A stretch of DNA of 64,000 bases, taken from positions 5,815-69,814 of the forward strand of contig CAZGKT010000009.1 in the NCBI GenBank assembly GCA_964525605.1. The letters run 5' to 3'. This DNA comes from an uncultured bacterium. Lineage in GTDB: Bacteria > Oederibacteriota > Muellerivitia > Muellerivitales > Muellerivitaceae. The stretch's first letter is position 1. The number at the start of each line of letters is the position of its first letter. Below the pieces are notes generated by a model. It had not been told where the DNA came from. It worked only from the letters and a program-made list of their open reading frames with translations, and did not search any database. A program made the position numbers and the translations under genes. This document shows, piece after piece, positions 43,860-54,346 of this stretch.

Positions 43860-45952
43860 CCGCTGGCCTCGATTGTCCCCACCGATTGGATTTCCGTTCG
43901 TGGAAGCAATTCACTGAAAGAAAGAACCGTCAAATGGGGTATAAAACGCTCAATCATTTTTTTAAAGTACGGACGTACATTCGGTGAACAAAGAACAAGA
44001 GGTTGACGGTTTTGAAGGGCCATTTTCTCGATACCGCTCGAGAGACTCCTAAACATGGTTTGAAGAATGCGCGGATCTAAGGCGGCAGTATTTCCCGACT
44101 CTGCAGCTTGTACAGAATCCATAATCGTTTTTTCGAACTTGGGATCCAAAGTTAATGCATAAACTTTTCCCTCGGAAGAAAGATGCTGTTTCGTAATAGA
44201 CCTGGCCAGAGACCTCCTGGCATATTCGGTTAAAACCTGCGTATCCTTGGTTTCTTTCACGTGATCAGCGACAGCTTCCAAAATACTCTCCATATCCCGA
44301 ATCGGGAGATGTTCTTTCAATAGATTTTGGAGGATTTTTTGTAAATCTCCTATCGACAATTGACTGGGAATCATTTCGTCCACAACAGCTGGCGACTCTT
44401 TTTTAATCTGATCGAGAAGTTTCGAAACGCTCTGCCGGGTCAAAAATTCATGAGCATGGTTTCGTATTACTTCAGTAAGATGGGTTGCAATCACCGTTGA
44501 TGCATCCACAACAGAATATCCAATTTGTTCTGCTTGAGCTTTTTCTTCATCCGTTATCCAAAATGCGGCTAAATTGAAAGTGGGTTCTTTCGTTGGAATA
44601 CCTGGGATTTTCGGCATATCCGGGCCCGTCGACATTGCCAACAAATGCCCGGGCATAATCTTCCATCGGGATACTTCCACGCCCTTTAATTTAATCATGT
44701 ATTCAGAAGGCTGTAATTGCATATTGTCCCGGATTCGAATGGGTGGAACAACTAAACCCAAATCTCCCGCCATTTGGCGACGGATACCCGTAATCCGCTC
44801 TAATAAGTCTCCACCCTGTGCCTCATCCACTAGCGGGATTAGGCTATAACCGATTTCGATTTCCAAATGATCAACTTGCAAAAGCGAAGTCACATTTTCC
44901 GGTTCTTTTTTCTTTTCCGGAACACTTAATTTTGCTTTTTCGGCGGTTTCAGATTCTATTCGGACCATTACCCGCAAATAATAGGCGATACCGCCCAATG
45001 CAGCAGACACTATCAATAGCGGGATGAAAAGTTGCCAATTGCCGGTTACCAAAGCCCCAATGGCAAACACACCTAGTAGACCAGAAGCGATAATGAGGGC
45101 GCGGGGCTGGGCAATAATTTGTTTTATCAAGTCCGTCCCAAGGTTGCTGTCTGAAGCTGCTCGGGTAACAACAATACCTGTAGCCGTGGAAAGCATTAGA
45201 GCTGGAATTTGAGTTGCTAATCCATCCCCTATGGACAAAAGAGTGTAGCGCTGAAGTACAACCGGCAGAGTCAAACCTCCGTTGATAATACCAACTGCAA
45301 AGCCACCCAAAACGTTGATGATGACGATAATAATTGCCGCTATGGCATCTCCACGAACGAATTTACTCGCCCCATCCATCGCACCATAAAAATCTGCTTC
45401 CCGCTCCACTTCTTTGCGCCGCTTACGAGCCTGATCGTCGGTAATAAGCCCAGAATTAAGGTCGGCGTCAATAGCCATTTGTTTTCCAGGCATAGCATCT
45501 AAAGTGAACCGAGCTGCAACTTCCGCAACGCGCTGAGCGCCGTTGGTAATGACTACGAACTGTATAATGACAAGAATCAAAAAGACCACGAAGCCAACCC
45601 AGTAGCTCCCTCCCACGACGACTGTTCCGATAGCTTCAATTACATGTCCCGCAGCGTCTTGACCATCATTACCATGGAGGAGAATTAATCTAGTTGCGGA
45701 AACATTCAAGGCAAGTCGAAACAAAGTCGTGATCAAAAGTAATGTTGGAAAGATAGAAAACTGGAGGGGTTCCAACGTATACATTGTTATGAGAACAACC
45801 ACCAAAGCCATGGTGATGTTAAAGGAAATTAAGAGATCTAAAATAATGGGCGGGAGCGGGATGAACAACATCAAGATCACCATGACCACTGCAAAAGCAA
45901 TAAACAAATCGCTGTTCTTTTGTATTGTGTTAAGTGTTATTGATTCAGCCAT
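43856..45952 (-). CDS. flhA: Flagellar export gate protein FlhA
   Basis: 'FSIFPTLLLITTLFRLALNVSATRLIL', 'RVAEVAARFTLDAMPGKQMAIDADL', 'DFYGAMDGASKFVRGDA'. Confidence 0.97.
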   Translation of the reverse strand: MAESITLNTIQKNSDLFIAFAVVMVILMLFIPLPPIILDLLISFNITMALVVVLITMYTLEPLQFSIFPTLLLITTLFRLALNVSATRLILLHGNDGQDAAGHVIEAIGTVVVGGSYWVGFVVFLILVIIQFVVITNGAQRVAEVAARFTLDAMPGKQMAIDADLNSGLITDDQARKRRKEVEREADFYGAMDGASKFVRGDAIAAIIIVIINVLGGFAVGIINGGLTLPVVLQRYTLLSIGDGLATQIPALMLSTATGIVVTRAASDSNLGTDLIKQIIAQPRALIIASGLLGVFAIGALVTGNWQLFIPLLIVSAALGGIAYYLRVMVRIESETAEKAKLSVPEKKKEPENVTSLLQVDHLEIEIGYSLIPLVDEAQGGDLLERITGIRRQMAGDLGLVVPPIRIRDNMQLQPSEYMIKLKGVEVSRWKIMPGHLLAMSTGPDMPKIPGIPTKEPTFNLAAFWITDEEKAQAEQIGYSVVDASTVIATHLTEVIRNHAHEFLTRQSVSKLLDQIKKESPAVVDEMIPSQLSIGDLQKILQNLLKEHLPIRDMESILEAVADHVKETKDTQVLTEYARRSLARSITKQHLSSEGKVYALTLDPKFEKTIMDSVQAAESGNTAALDPRILQTMFRSLSSGIEKMALQNRQPLVLCSPNVRPYFKKMIERFIPHLTVLSFSELLPRTEIQSVGTIEASG

Positions 45953-46032
45953 ATTTTCCTCGACTCAGCGGTTTGAAATGAAGGGTCATTTTAACCTCAA
46001 AAAGCTGTCTGGTCATTCATCCTTTTAGCAAA

Positions 46033-47100
46033 TTAAACACCCTGTTTTAGACTTTGGCGTTTGTTCAAACGATAGACAAAGGCTAGAACCTCAGCCACAG
46101 CCTCAAACAAATCTGGGGAAATGGGCGCTCCTACCGGGCATGACTTTAAAAGAGCCCTAGCAAGCGGAGGATTTTGAACAATTGGAATTCTATTTTTAAT
46201 GGCCATATCACGAATGCGTTCCGCCACTACCCTTTCTCCTTTTGCCAAGACGACAGGTGCTTGCATTCCCTCCTTGTATTCCAAGGCTACAGCCACATGG
46301 GTTGGATTGGTAACCACTACATCCGCCCTGGGAACGGCGTCGAACATTCGCCTTCGTGCCATTTCCCTTTGAATCTGGCGGATTCGCGCTTTGATCATTG
46401 GATCGCCCTCTGCTTGCCGAAACTCGTCTCTTATTTCTTGCTTGGACATTCGCAAATTATCCTCGTAATCCCATTTTTGATATAAATAATCTAAAATAGC
46501 TAAAACCACGAGGACAAGAATTATCTTAGAAAGTATAGAAAGCGCCATGCTTCCTACAAAAGCCAATGCCTCTGTTCCCTGCATGTCCATGGCCATTACC
46601 AATTGTGGCAAGACCGCCTTCACCCCTGCGTACGCAATCCAACCGATAATTAAAAGCTTCAGGATGGATTTGATAAATTCCACTATGGCTCGTCTTGAAA
46701 ATAAACGTTGAAAGCCAGTGGTCGGATTAATATTGCTGAACTTCGGTGTCAGAGGTTTTAGGGAAAAAAGCACGCCTACTTGAAGATAATTCGCCAGGAG
46801 GCCTACGAAAAGAATGGTGCCTAATACTGGAGCAAGAATGAGAAATATTCTTCCCATCAGAAATATCCCGTAAGTGTAAATGTTTTCCGTCCCTAAAGAA
46901 GTATTCATATTTTGGTAAAAAAAGATTGTAATATCCCGCAAGGAATCAACCATATAAGGTCCCGCATAACGAATGGTCAAAAGACCCGCAAGTAAAACTA
47001 CAACAGAATTAATTTCCACCGACCGAGCTACTTGCCCGCGTTCCCTTGCTTCTTTTATTCGATGAGGCGTTGGTTTTTCTGTTTTCGATGGATCCGGCAA
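46033..47100 (-). CDS. flhB: Flagellar export protein FlhB
   Basis: 'KTEKPTPHRIKEARERGQV', 'EGDPMIKARIR', autocleavage motif NPTH. Confidence 0.96.
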   Translation of the reverse strand: MPDPSKTEKPTPHRIKEARERGQVARSVEINSVVVLLAGLLTIRYAGPYMVDSLRDITIFFYQNMNTSLGTENIYTYGIFLMGRIFLILAPVLGTILFVGLLANYLQVGVLFSLKPLTPKFSNINPTTGFQRLFSRRAIVEFIKSILKLLIIGWIAYAGVKAVLPQLVMAMDMQGTEALAFVGSMALSILSKIILVLVVLAILDYLYQKWDYEDNLRMSKQEIRDEFRQAEGDPMIKARIRQIQREMARRRMFDAVPRADVVVTNPTHVAVALEYKEGMQAPVVLAKGERVVAERIRDMAIKNRIPIVQNPPLARALLKSCPVGAPISPDLFEAVAEVLAFVYRLNKRQSLKQGV

Positions 47101-47118
47101 GAATATTGTCCTTTGTGT

Positions 47119-47904
47119 CTATCTTAAGGCGTGAATCAGAATGGCTAAATCACGGTTTAATCCATGAAACAAATCCTGCAAAGTATAAACAAAGAAACTC
47201 ATGGAAATAGCAACTATCAAAAGCCCTATTCCCATGTTCAAAGGCATCCCCACAATAAATACATTCATTTGGGGAACCGTTCGGGCTACCACACCCAAGG
47301 CCAAATTAGTGATGAACAACGCGCCTATGACGGGGGCGCCCACCCGAAAAGCGATAAAAAATACATTTGAAAATAGATGCATCATTTCCGTGCCTAACGC
47401 GATGGTAAAATGAGCACCGCCAAGGGGCAATAACGCAAAACTGTCCACCACCGCACGGATGAGGAGATGATGTCCGTCAACTGCCAAAAATACCAAGGTG
47501 GCAATCATAAAGTAAAACTGTCCCATTACAGAAATTTGAACATTGCTAACTGGGTCAATAATAGTTGCCATGCCAAGGCCCATTTGAATATCAATGATTT
47601 GCCCAGCCATTTGGATTCCAGTAAACAAAAGCTGGGCCCCGAAGCCTAAACACATCCCAATTGCGGCTTCTTTTACCACCGACAAACCCAAAGCCAACCC
47701 CGGCGCCGGAAGGGTAGAAGTCTGATAAGAGACAACAGGGAAAACGAGGAAAGTCATTAACAAGACCCAAGCAGCCTTCAATTGAGGCGGGATATTCCGG
47801 CTGGAATAAACAGGAGCCGTTATAAAAAGCCCGGCCAATCGCACTAGGATAAGAACAAAGGCAACAACATCTTTTGGGTCGAAATCAAAAGGGTTTGTCG
47901 GCAA
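47119..47904 (-). CDS. fliR: Flagellar export protein FliR
   Basis: 'AGQIIDIQMGLGMA', 'DGHHLLIRAVVDSF', 'RTVPQMNVFIVGMP'. Confidence 0.94.
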   Translation of the reverse strand: MPTNPFDFDPKDVVAFVLILVRLAGLFITAPVYSSRNIPPQLKAAWVLLMTFLVFPVVSYQTSTLPAPGLALGLSVVKEAAIGMCLGFGAQLLFTGIQMAGQIIDIQMGLGMATIIDPVSNVQISVMGQFYFMIATLVFLAVDGHHLLIRAVVDSFALLPLGGAHFTIALGTEMMHLFSNVFFIAFRVGAPVIGALFITNLALGVVARTVPQMNVFIVGMPLNMGIGLLIVAISMSFFVYTLQDLFHGLNRDLAILIHALR

Positions 47905-47910
47905 GGGCCC

Positions 47911-48180
47911 TCACTTGACATATTGGGGCAAATTGCTCCAAAGATTCGATGTGTAATTAAGTAATATGAGTATCATCCATTTTCCGAAAATGAGAATTGC
48001 AAGAAAAATGGCAATCACCTTCGGAATAAACGTAAGAGTCATTTCCTGGATTTGAGTTACTGCTTGGAAAATAGATACAGCCACCCCGACCGCTAACCCG
48101 AGCCCGAGAATAGGAGCGGAAACAAGAAGAGTGACCCAAAGGGTCCGGGTAGCCAGATCTGATATGAACTCAACGCTCAA
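47911..48180 (-). CDS. fliQ: Flagellar export protein FliQ
   Basis: 'GVAVSIFQAVTQIQEMTLTFIPK'. Confidence 0.95.
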   Translation of the reverse strand: MSVEFISDLATRTLWVTLLVSAPILGLGLAVGVAVSIFQAVTQIQEMTLTFIPKVIAIFLAILIFGKWMILILLNYTSNLWSNLPQYVK

Positions 48181-48192
48181 GTTAAACTCTCC

Positions 48193-48948
48193 TTAATTAA
48201 AACTAAGGGCAATGGAGCGAACGATCAGATTCCATCCATCAACCATGATAAAAAGCAAAATCTTAAAAGGTAGCGAGATCAAAACCGGCGGTAGCATCAA
48301 CATTCCCATGGACATTAGGACTGAAGAAACCACCATGTCTATGACCAAAAACGGAATGAATATTATGAATCCCATCTCGAAAGCTTTTTTTAACTCGCTT
48401 ATAACGAAAGCCGGAATTAAAACCCAGGTTGAAATGTCGGCCGGGATTCTGGGTCGGCTTGATTTGGAAAGGGCTACGAAAAGCGCCAAATCCTTTTCCC
48501 GTGTTTGCTTGAACATAAACTGACGAATTGGATCTTCCCCCTTTTTAAAGGCATCGGAAGTGCTGAGTTTTCCCGCCAAGTAGGGAGTCAATGCCTCTTT
48601 ATCTATACGGTTAAAAGTTGGCTGCATAGTAAAAAAGGTTAGAAACAAGGCTAAACCTATAAGGACCTGATTGGGTGGGACTTGTTGGGTTCCTAGGGCT
48701 TGACGTAAAAATGCAAGAACAATGACAATTCGTGTAAAAGAAGTCATCAAGATAAGAATTGCCGGAGCCAGGGACAGGATTGTCAACACTAGAAGGATCT
48801 GAAGGCTTAATGCGACATCTTGCGGAGTTTTAGCTTGTTCAACTCCAAACTTAATCGCCGGCAATGGAAGATCTGCAGCCCCCGCAAAACGGCTCACAAA
48901 AAAAAGCATGATCATGAATAAATAAAACTTTAATGATTTGTTTCTCAA
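48193..48948 (-). CDS. fliP: Flagellar export protein FliP
   Basis: 'TSFTRIVIVLAFLRQALGTQQVPPNQVLIGLALFLT', 'PAFVISELKKAFEMGF', 'LPFKILLFIMVDGW'. Confidence 0.96.
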   Translation of the reverse strand: MRNKSLKFYLFMIMLFFVSRFAGAADLPLPAIKFGVEQAKTPQDVALSLQILLVLTILSLAPAILILMTSFTRIVIVLAFLRQALGTQQVPPNQVLIGLALFLTFFTMQPTFNRIDKEALTPYLAGKLSTSDAFKKGEDPIRQFMFKQTREKDLALFVALSKSSRPRIPADISTWVLIPAFVISELKKAFEMGFIIFIPFLVIDMVVSSVLMSMGMLMLPPVLISLPFKILLFIMVDGWNLIVRSIALSFN

Positions 48949-49640
48949 TCTTTCTCTCCGTCTTTTTCCCCTGATCCTTTTTGTTTTTTCTTGGAAGCAC
49001 CTTTAAGACGCTCGATATAACTGTCGAGCGTTTTTTTACTATCCGCAATCATTTCTTCTGCATCCACCGTCGTAGGTTGAGAATCTGTTCGATGGAGTAT
49101 TTTTTCTAGCAGAACCGGGAAACCTTGTTTCGAGCTTTTCTTCAGTTCTTCAACTTCGTCTGGATCGTCAATGACATCCAATGGATGTATTTCTTCGTTT
49201 CCAACACCTACTACAATGATTCTTTTTCCGATTTCAATTAATTGAATAGTTTTTCGTGGCGCAATGAAAACCGATGAAAGAACTCGAAAAGATTTCCCAT
49301 CATCCCCCGGATGATTCAACCCTCTCTTTTCCCAAATCAATTTAAGACCCCAAATGGTAGCAACAATAAGAACTATTACGAGGGTTAACGCCACAAGCAC
49401 TCGAGCTAAAGTATCTAGGAGACTTGGAGATGCACTTGGAATCTCAGACGGGAGGTCTAAAGGAAGCCCTTTAGATCCGTTCAAAGTCGCAGAGCTTGAA
49501 GCTGAGTCAAACAAGGATGAATCAGGTTCTATTCCCAAAGACCTGGTAGGCAAAAAATAACAACTGGCCCCTACTAATAACAGGGCCAGAAAGAGAAAAG
49601 CACTCAACGAACGATTAACCAGCGAGGGTCGAGGAATCAT
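48945..49640 (-). CDS. fliO: Flagellar export protein FliO
   Basis: TM followed by 'FRVLSSVFIAPRKTIQLIEIGKRIIVVGVGNEEIHPL'; lies between fliN and fliP. Confidence 0.85.
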   Translation of the reverse strand: MIPRPSLVNRSLSAFLFLALLLVGASCYFLPTRSLGIEPDSSLFDSASSSATLNGSKGLPLDLPSEIPSASPSLLDTLARVLVALTLVIVLIVATIWGLKLIWEKRGLNHPGDDGKSFRVLSSVFIAPRKTIQLIEIGKRIIVVGVGNEEIHPLDVIDDPDEVEELKKSSKQGFPVLLEKILHRTDSQPTTVDAEEMIADSKKTLDSYIERLKGASKKKQKGSGEKDGEKD

Positions 49641-49662
49641 AAAAAACTTCGCTACGGTCGAA

Positions 49663-50622
49663 TCAGGACTGGACCGCGGTAAGCCGTTCCTCTGGATTCA
49701 AAATCTCGGTAATGCGAACACCGAAATTTTCGTCAATGACGACAACTTCCCCTTTAGCGATAGGTTTTTCGTTGACTAAAATATCCACCGCTTCGCCTGC
49801 TAGCTTATCTAGTTCCACGACAGAACCAGGCGCGAGGGCCAGAATCTCTTTTACAAGTTTTGTAGTTCTGCCAAGTTCAACTGTCAACTTCAAGGGGACA
49901 TCCAAAAGCAAGCCGATGTTCCCTCCCGCCGGGCGAGTTGAACCCGAAAATTCCTGTTCAAATTGCTGCATTGAAGTACCTCCTGCGCGCATTTGGGTGT
50001 TCATGGAAACACCACTAGGTTGAACGGAAACCTCCACCGGAGCCTGAGCAACCGTTGGTGTTCCCGCTGGATTGGCCAGCCTTGCTGCGGCCAAATCGGG
50101 TAAACAAAGCCACATCTCACCGGTAAAAAGGCCCGGAACATCCAAGGCGAATGAAATTATCGCCAAAGGCGAACCTAAGGGAGTTAAAAGGGTTTCCATA
50201 GACCCCACTTCCTTGGATTCAGTTGATTTAATCGAATAGCCAGCCTTAGGTCCTGCGTATTGTTGAATTCCCTTGTTTAATACCTCGGTCAATTGTTGAA
50301 GGACTTCACCAAAAGCAGACAAGTGCAATTCCGTTACTTTGTCCGGGGCGCTTGTACCATCCTGCCCTATCAACAAATCTGCCATAATGGCAGAATTTTT
50401 CTCTCCAGTTAATAATAAAGCCGGTCCAGGGAACCCCCCCAACCCTTGAAGAATCGTAACCAACCAATGCCCACTTATTCCTGATAAAAAATTTTCTGAT
50501 CCAGTAGTTTGCACTTCCTTCGAATGAACTTGGGCATCGCGACCCAATAAAGACCTTAGTACTAGTCCAAGTCCTTCTGCAACGCCTTTAGCCAAAGCTT
50601 CAAGATTTACCACATCAGCCAT
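49663..50622 (-). CDS. fliN: C-ring switch protein FliN with CheC-like N-terminal extension (FliY-like)
   Basis: C-terminal SpoA '[57 protein letters not shown]'; ~190-aa N-terminal CheC-type region. Confidence 0.85.
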   Translation of the reverse strand: MADVVNLEALAKGVAEGLGLVLRSLLGRDAQVHSKEVQTTGSENFLSGISGHWLVTILQGLGGFPGPALLLTGEKNSAIMADLLIGQDGTSAPDKVTELHLSAFGEVLQQLTEVLNKGIQQYAGPKAGYSIKSTESKEVGSMETLLTPLGSPLAIISFALDVPGLFTGEMWLCLPDLAAARLANPAGTPTVAQAPVEVSVQPSGVSMNTQMRAGGTSMQQFEQEFSGSTRPAGGNIGLLLDVPLKLTVELGRTTKLVKEILALAPGSVVELDKLAGEAVDILVNEKPIAKGEVVVIDENFGVRITEILNPEERLTAVQS

Positions 50623-50637
50623 GTTCTTTACCTTCCA

Positions 50638-51675
50638 TTAGCTCTTATCATCGCGGGAAACAATCCGCGTAATTTGAATGGCCTTTTTTTTAGAAGAAAT
50701 ACCTGGTCTTCCTTTAAGCTTTACCAACCCCTCTATCAGAACGTCTATTTCATTGTGAGGGCTCGTGTTCAATCTAACAACGTCCCCCGCTTTTAGGCGC
50801 AATAAATCTTGCACCGTGATTTGGGCTGCCCCCACTTCCGCTACAAACGGAACTTTTGTTTCTTTCATGACTTTCGTCAAGCTCTCAACTGTTTCCGATG
50901 TTGATTCTTTTTTACCCACCGTGAACCACTTTTGAGCTGATAAATCCCCGATAACTGGTTCTAGTACCACATATGGGATACACATGGACATCTTTCCAGC
51001 CACTTCATTAACTTTAACTTCAAACTCTATAACCGCAGAAATTTCGCTTGGGGCAACTATCTGAACAAACTGAGCAGTAGTTTCATAACCACTTAGTTTG
51101 GGTTGAAAATGACCAACTTTAAGCCATGCTTCCTGAAGATTCTCCATACCGCGATTAATTATTTTTTCAATAACTGACTGTTCAATCAGGGTTAATTCCC
51201 GCGCAGCTGTCGGAGCCTTTCCAGGTCCACCAAGAATTCGATCAATCAAAGTCAAGACCAACTCCGGGTTAATTTCCAATAAAAACGATCCATCCAAAGG
51301 TTCCATTTTAACAACGAAAATACAGTCGGGCCGCGGAAGAGACATGGTGTATTCCCGAAAGGGAAGTTGAACCACTGACACAACTTTTATTTCCGCCACT
51401 GTCCGTAAGTAAGCCGCCACAGATGCCGTGAACCCACGAGAAAATATTTCATGAAGCATTTCCAAAGTTCTCATATGATCTTTGGAAAATCTATTTGGCC
51501 GATTGAAATCATAAGTTTTAATTTTCCGGCCCTGCTCATCGACGGTCACACCGCTTTCGGGTGTTGATGCAGAAGATGCCTCTGAAGTCGCTTCTGGACC
51601 ACTCCCTCCAGACATGTCAACGTCGAGTTCCGAAAGTAGTGCGCTTACCTCGCCGTCGCTTAAAAGGTCATCCAT
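50638..51675 (-). CDS. fliM: C-ring switch protein FliM
   Basis: 'LLSDGEVSALL', 'YDFNRPNRFSKDHMRTLEMLHE', 'DRILGGPG', 'MCIPYVVLEP'. Confidence 0.94.
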   Translation of the reverse strand: MDDLLSDGEVSALLSELDVDMSGGSGPEATSEASSASTPESGVTVDEQGRKIKTYDFNRPNRFSKDHMRTLEMLHEIFSRGFTASVAAYLRTVAEIKVVSVVQLPFREYTMSLPRPDCIFVVKMEPLDGSFLLEINPELVLTLIDRILGGPGKAPTAARELTLIEQSVIEKIINRGMENLQEAWLKVGHFQPKLSGYETTAQFVQIVAPSEISAVIEFEVKVNEVAGKMSMCIPYVVLEPVIGDLSAQKWFTVGKKESTSETVESLTKVMKETKVPFVAEVGAAQITVQDLLRLKAGDVVRLNTSPHNEIDVLIEGLVKLKGRPGISSKKKAIQITRIVSRDDKS

Positions 51676-51705
51676 GATCTAGTCCTTCTTTCCCCAAAGC
51701 CAAAA

Positions 51706-52179
51706 TCATTGTATGGCGAATTTTGTGAGGAAAACGTTGGTGACTGTCCCGAATTTTAGGGTTTCATTGATCTTCAATTGAAGATCTCTTCTGAATCTTT
51801 CTTTTCCTTCAGCCGTTGATAATTCTGCGGCTTTCCGATCGTTCAAAAGGGTATTTACTAAGTCTTGGAATTGTGGCGCCCGTTCTTTGATTTCAGCGTC
51901 CAATTCCTTATTAACTTTGCTGTATTCCAATTGAACTTCAGCATTGACATACCGGGAAGCTTCTTCATCCGCCAAATTAACAATGAAACTACCTAAGTTA
52001 AAAATTTTCCCTGGTTCAGGTTTTTGTTCAATGATCTTTGCTTCCTTTGATTCAGTCTTGGAAGACCAAATCATAAACGTTCCCCATCCCATTAAAATGA
52101 GTAAGAGAAGCGATACTCCGGTGATGGCCAGTATGATGGTCAACACCCCTCGAGAGCCCCTCTCTCCTTGATCTGCCAT
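51706..52179 (-). CDS. fliL: Flagellar basal body protein FliL
   Basis: TM followed by 'FNLGSFIVNLAD...RY' and 'VTNVFLTKFAIQ'. Confidence 0.9.
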   Translation of the reverse strand: MADQGERGSRGVLTIILAITGVSLLLLILMGWGTFMIWSSKTESKEAKIIEQKPEPGKIFNLGSFIVNLADEEASRYVNAEVQLEYSKVNKELDAEIKERAPQFQDLVNTLLNDRKAAELSTAEGKERFRRDLQLKINETLKFGTVTNVFLTKFAIQ

Positions 52180-52195
52180 GTTCGCCCCTCCTAGT

Positions 52196-52972
52196 TTAAT
52201 CCAGCTTCAAAATGACAATGTCGACCCGGCGATTCATCCGACGGTTCGCCTCACTGATGTTCGGCACCAAGGGCTGGTATTCAGCATAACCCGCAGCCGA
52301 AAAGCGACTCGGGTCTAACCCTCGTTGCGTTACAAAAAACTTTACAACCGATGTCGCCCGAAGGGCGGAGAGTTCCCAGTTGCCTGGGTACTTCGACGTA
52401 TGAATGGTCAAATCATCCGTGTGTCCTTCTACCGCGATTTTATTCTGCGGATTGTGTTGGAGAAAATCCCCAATTTCATCTAATACCGGGATCATTTCAT
52501 TCTTAATGTGAATGTCACCTAGATCAAATAATATTTTATCGGTTAACAAACTTACTACCAAACCTCTTGCTTCTTTCCGGATTTGAACTTTATTAGCGCC
52601 TAATTGCCTTTGTAGAATTTTGCGGAGTTCACCTTCTTTGTCTCCCCCAGTTCCAGCCTTTGGCGTGGGTTTTTTATTTCCCCCAGGACCACCTTCCTCT
52701 GGCTCACCTGGCAATACCTTGTAATGTTCTCCAGCATTCGCCGAAGAACTTTGGAGAATTGATGTATTTCCTACAATTGGACCGAAGACCGCCCGGATCT
52801 GTGCCTTGATTTCTTCAACAACAGCTTTGCTTTGTGTAGCAGTCGCAAAAAGAATAATAAAGGTTGCCAGAAGCAAAGTAATCAAGTCAGCATAAGTTAA
52901 TAGCCAACGCATCATACCGCCAGATTCCAGCTCCAATCCTGCCTCATGGCCACCTTTACGCCGTTTTGGCAT
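52196..52972 (-). CDS. motB: Stator protein MotB
   Basis: 'WLLTYADLITLLLATFIILF', OmpA-like 'VEGHTDD..NWELSALRA..GYAEYQP..NRRVDIVI'. Confidence 0.95.
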   Translation of the reverse strand: MPKRRKGGHEAGLELESGGMMRWLLTYADLITLLLATFIILFATATQSKAVVEEIKAQIRAVFGPIVGNTSILQSSSANAGEHYKVLPGEPEEGGPGGNKKPTPKAGTGGDKEGELRKILQRQLGANKVQIRKEARGLVVSLLTDKILFDLGDIHIKNEMIPVLDEIGDFLQHNPQNKIAVEGHTDDLTIHTSKYPGNWELSALRATSVVKFFVTQRGLDPSRFSAAGYAEYQPLVPNISEANRRMNRRVDIVILKLD

Positions 52973-53026
52973 TTGCTGCTCCCTTGGCTAAACCCGCAAA
53001 AAGACGGGGCGAAATTTGAAATACCA

Positions 53027-53839
53027 CTATTCTTCCTGCTTTCCTTCACCTTCAGCTTTTTGAGCTTCTAGATTAACTTTTAATTTTGGCGGAAGAAAAG
53101 CTTTTAACTTTTCTTCCACGATGCGAGGGTTGTCGCCTGCTGAAATTGCAAGTATCCCTTCCAGCATCACTTCGCGAAGAAGAACCTCCTGTTGACTATT
53201 CTGCTTTAACTTAAAGGAGATCGGAAGAAAAAAGAGATTAGCGAAACCAATCCCATATAAAGTCGCGATGAAGGCCGTAGCGATTGCGGCTACTAGAGCT
53301 ACTGGATCCGCCTCACCAGAGCCGAAAGCTGACAGGGCGTGAACCAATCCAATAACGGTTCCGATAATTCCGAGTGTAGGAGAAAAGCCACCAAAGGTTC
53401 CAAATATACTCTCACCTACTTTGTGTCGTGATTCCAAAAAGGCGATGTCTGTTTCCATGATGTTGCGGATCATTTCAATATCTGTTCCATCAACCACCAA
53501 TTGGAGTCCCTTTTTCAAGAAAGGATCAGCTACAGCTTCGGCTTCTTCTTCTAAACCCAAAAGACCTTCCCGACGAGCTTTTGTTGCGAAACCAACCAAT
53601 TGAGTGACGATTGCCGAGGGGTCCAATTCTTGTCTTTGAAAAGCCTTCTTCAGGACAGGAATAATTTCCTTCATGGTGTCGTAAGGGAAACTCATCATAG
53701 TGGCACCCAAGGTACCAAAAAATATGATTACGAAAGCCGCAAACTGAAAAAGAGCCCCGATAGGAGTTCCATCTAGGAGAGCACCTCCGAAGACTCCCAA
53801 AATACCCAAACCCAAGCCAAACCACGTTGCGAGATCCAC
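53027..53839 (-). CDS. motA: Stator protein MotA
   Basis: 'KARREGLLGLE', 'FLKKGLQLVVDG', 'SPTLGIIGTVIGL', 'TLYGIGFANLFFLP'. Confidence 0.95.
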   Translation of the reverse strand: MDLATWFGLGLGILGVFGGALLDGTPIGALFQFAAFVIIFFGTLGATMMSFPYDTMKEIIPVLKKAFQRQELDPSAIVTQLVGFATKARREGLLGLEEEAEAVADPFLKKGLQLVVDGTDIEMIRNIMETDIAFLESRHKVGESIFGTFGGFSPTLGIIGTVIGLVHALSAFGSGEADPVALVAAIATAFIATLYGIGFANLFFLPISFKLKQNSQQEVLLREVMLEGILAISAGDNPRIVEEKLKAFLPPKLKVNLEAQKAEGEGKQEE

Positions 53840-53857
53840 AATTTCACCTCCTCAAAT

Positions 53858-54340
53858 TTAAGGCATCCCCGCCTGCTGGAGCTTTAAAGCGCGTTCCCGG
53901 CGGACGAAAGCGATCGAAGAAATTTCATCAAGAAACTTCTGTTCCTCCACAGCCATCTCATTCGAATGGGTTTTTTGCTGTGTCTCCTTAAGATTTACCA
54001 GTAATCTTTTTTCACGAGAAGCTTTTACCGCAAGTACGCGTCTGCGTTCAACCTCACCAGCCCAATCCTTTTCTTTATTTTCGAGATCTTTTTCACGGCG
54101 ATGCAGCCAGTTTTTGTAGTCGCTAAAGGCAATTCCTTGATTCACATCAAAAACGCCCATTCTTTCCATTTCACTGAATGCGGCGAGAAAATCAGCTTCA
54201 TTTTCTTGATGAATCCGAATCAATTTCTCAATTTTTAATAATTCGCTTTTTGCCAAAGCCAATTCCTTTGTACATACCTCTTCCCTCTGTTTTCTAAAGG
54301 TCAAAATCTGTTCTAGTCGAAAGTGGAATCGCAGAGCCAT
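53858..54340 (-). CDS. fliJ: Flagellar export protein FliJ
   Basis: 'FHFRLEQILTFRKQREE', 'EQKFLDEIS'; follows fliI. Confidence 0.82.
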   Translation of the reverse strand: MALRFHFRLEQILTFRKQREEVCTKELALAKSELLKIEKLIRIHQENEADFLAAFSEMERMGVFDVNQGIAFSDYKNWLHRREKDLENKEKDWAGEVERRRVLAVKASREKRLLVNLKETQQKTHSNEMAVEEQKFLDEISSIAFVRRERALKLQQAGMP

Positions 54341-54346
54341 GTGTCC

